A DNA stretch of 57,864 nt, taken from IMG/VR virus record IMGVR_UViG_3300033141_002732; one strand, 5' to 3'. Each line of letters starts with the position of its first letter. The stretch's first letter is position 1. Shown here piece by piece: positions 56,068 through 57,864 of this stretch. A program made the position numbers and the translations under genes. The notes below the pieces were generated by a model. It was not told where the DNA came from and did no database searches. It worked only from the letters and a program-made list of their open reading frames with translations. This stretch comes from a virus. Taxonomy: Duplodnaviria > Heunggongvirae > Uroviricota > Caudoviricetes.

Positions 56068-57569
56068 ATCCATATGCTTCATATAATAGTAATATTGCAA
56101 ATAGATTAACTAGAATGAAAACATATGATACTAATTGTTTAGATCATCATCATTCTATGGACGTTACTATAGATTCTACTTCTCCAATCACTAATGTTGT
56201 AGTATCTGATGGTATTGCATACAAAGATGATGTAATTATTGAATTTACATCAAATTGGTCTGTTGATATGACAGACGGTGATTATTATATTCCAGGGACA
56301 ATTCCATGGAATGAAGCAGGTTATTATTATGTTGCAATTGATTATACGTATGCAAAATCTAAACCCGCTCCTCGTGCTGCAATTAGAATATTAAAACCTA
56401 GTCAGCAAGCACAAATTACAAATGATCAATATCTTTTCTTGAAAGCTGTAGAAGTTTCATTTAATGGAGTAACATTTGAAATTGAAAATGTATATAATAG
56501 TGATCCTGATGATGCAACAGTAAAAAGACAATATGCTCAAGTTTGGGTTGGACCAGAAGTAACTGAACCTTCTTTTAACCAAAGTAGAGATGAAGGAAGA
56601 GTTATTTATGTTGAAGATAAAGATGAATTATATTTTGGAACTTCTAGTAGATGGGAAAATTTTGGATCAATAAGAGTTAACGCTGATACAACTTTATGTA
56701 CTGCTGGTCAATTAGCTTATATGGGACCTGATGGAAGGATGAGACCTGCAGATAATGATAATTTAGCACAAGGTGGAATTTTACAAGTTGGAACACTTAC
56801 ATCTGGTAATGGAAAAGTTAGATTATATGGCGAAGTTCCGAATGTTCCTATTGAACCGGGTAGAACAGTTAGTTTTGGAGATGAGGTCAGACTTTCTAAT
56901 ATAGTTGATGGAGCAATTACTGATTCAACTTCTGCTGATTTGCAATTTGTCGGTATTTGTAGTAAAACTGGAACTCATACTACTGAATGTGATATTTGGT
57001 TTATGCCATATAGAGTTGATTATATTCTTGATGCTACTAATAATTTAGTTATAACTATTCATGAAATAGAAGCAGAAATTGATGCAATTCAACTTGAATT
57101 AGCAAGAATTAGATCATTCATTGGCAAAGACGCAGCTGGTGTTGAAATGCCACATTATACTTCTACTCATAATATTAACCAAAATGATCCATTAGAAACT
57201 GCGGTTTCAGATCTTGATAATGCAATTGCTAATATTTCTACTGATGCACATATTGCTAAAACAAATATAAGTCGTGTAATATTAGATGGAGATACAACCC
57301 CAAGTATTTTAGATGGTTCAAATAATTATTGTGGTATGTTAATAACTCTTAATTCTGGAGCAACTTCAATAACGTATTTTGATGATGCAACTGCTTGTTA
57401 TGAAATAACAATATTTTTTGCTGATAATAATACCACTCTTGTTAATAGTGCAAATTTAAGATTAAGTGGAGGATTAGATTTTACTGGAAATACATATGAT
57501 ACAATAACATTAATATATAATGATCATGAATGTATTTGGATAGAAATAGCTAGAAGTCTAAATAGTTAG
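56034..57569 (+). CDS. Virion structural protein (tail, baseplate or fibre-associated)
   Basis: T/D/G-rich composition, a central coiled coil and a beta-rich C-terminus; context suggests a structural role. Confidence 0.5.
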   Translation: MAIYPSQQRAIDPYASYNSNIANRLTRMKTYDTNCLDHHHSMDVTIDSTSPITNVVVSDGIAYKDDVIIEFTSNWSVDMTDGDYYIPGTIPWNEAGYYYVAIDYTYAKSKPAPRAAIRILKPSQQAQITNDQYLFLKAVEVSFNGVTFEIENVYNSDPDDATVKRQYAQVWVGPEVTEPSFNQSRDEGRVIYVEDKDELYFGTSSRWENFGSIRVNADTTLCTAGQLAYMGPDGRMRPADNDNLAQGGILQVGTLTSGNGKVRLYGEVPNVPIEPGRTVSFGDEVRLSNIVDGAITDSTSADLQFVGICSKTGTHTTECDIWFMPYRVDYILDATNNLVITIHEIEAEIDAIQLELARIRSFIGKDAAGVEMPHYTSTHNINQNDPLETAVSDLDNAIANISTDAHIAKTNISRVILDGDTTPSILDGSNNYCGMLITLNSGATSITYFDDATACYEITIFFADNNTTLVNSANLRLSGGLDFTGNTYDTITLIYNDHECIWIEIARSLNS

Positions 57570-57635
57570 ATTTAAAAAATAATTATATAAAAAGGATTTT
57601 AAATAATTTGAAATATATAGGAGTTCTCTTTAAAA

Positions 57636-57864
57636 ATGGCAGATCCAAAAATTAATTTGTTGGGTGCAACTATTCTTCAACAGAAGAATGTTTTACCTGC
57701 TTGGACAGCTGACGATCTTGCCAGATTCTTATATAATGCTGCAGATAAGAGATTATATTATGGAGATATTACACAATATAATGCTCTAGCAAAATTAAGT
57801 GATATTACTACAGGAACAAGTGGTTCATCTGGTTCTAGCGGAACAAGTGGAACTTCTGGTAGTT
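57636..57864 (+). CDS. Partial tail-fibre-like protein with GTSGSSG repeats (runs off the right edge)
   Basis: My translation: MADPKINLLGATILQQKNVLPAWTADDLARFLYNAADKRLYYG...TGTSGSSGSSGTSGTSGS. Confidence 0.6.
   Translation, partial: MADPKINLLGATILQQKNVLPAWTADDLARFLYNAADKRLYYGDITQYNALAKLSDITTGTSGSSGSSGTSGTSGS

Noticed and set aside
1-57864. Archaeal virus (TATA-like motif, archaeal-type ThyA)
   Set aside because: bS21, GroES, tRNA-Gly U73 and tRNA-Trp G73 are bacterial traits. The TATA-like motif sits too close to the start codon at 740 for an archaeal promoter.

Overview
This is a 57.9 kb fragment of a large, very AT-rich tailed bacteriophage with T4-like core genes. It is bacterial rather than archaeal, given bS21, GroES and bacterial tRNA discriminator bases. 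Replication genes: a family-B DNA polymerase with an N-terminal UDG4-like domain and a LAGLIDADG intein, and a DnaB/gp41-like helicase. Head genes: a gp20-like portal with an HNH intein, a gp21-like prohead protease and a gp23-like major capsid protein; virion/tail genes begin at the right end. Nucleotide and DNA-modification genes: QueC, QueE, a TGT/DpdA-like protein, dCMP deaminase, ThyA, a dATP/dGTP diphosphohydrolase, two glycosyltransferases and a PIG-L deacetylase. The window also has three tRNAs (Trp, Leu, Gly), bS21, GroES and five modular putative homing endonucleases. The most striking unexplained feature is an RNA-repair island (about 9.8-17 kb) with three ligases (RtcB plus two ATP-dependent RNA-ligase-like proteins), NADAR, SLOG and a DIP1984-like protein. 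It is interleaved with two roughly 310-330 nt, strongly base-paired non-coding RNAs, each with its own copy of a phage promoter motif; I cannot assign either to a known family. Also present: an eight-member CxxCxGxG-DW(I/L/V)E zinc-finger family that is partly decaying, two recurring promoter-like motifs arranged back-to-back, a perfect 42-bp palindrome, and several single-base frameshifts confined to accessory genes. All family calls come from motif recognition by eye; no database searches or folding programs were run.
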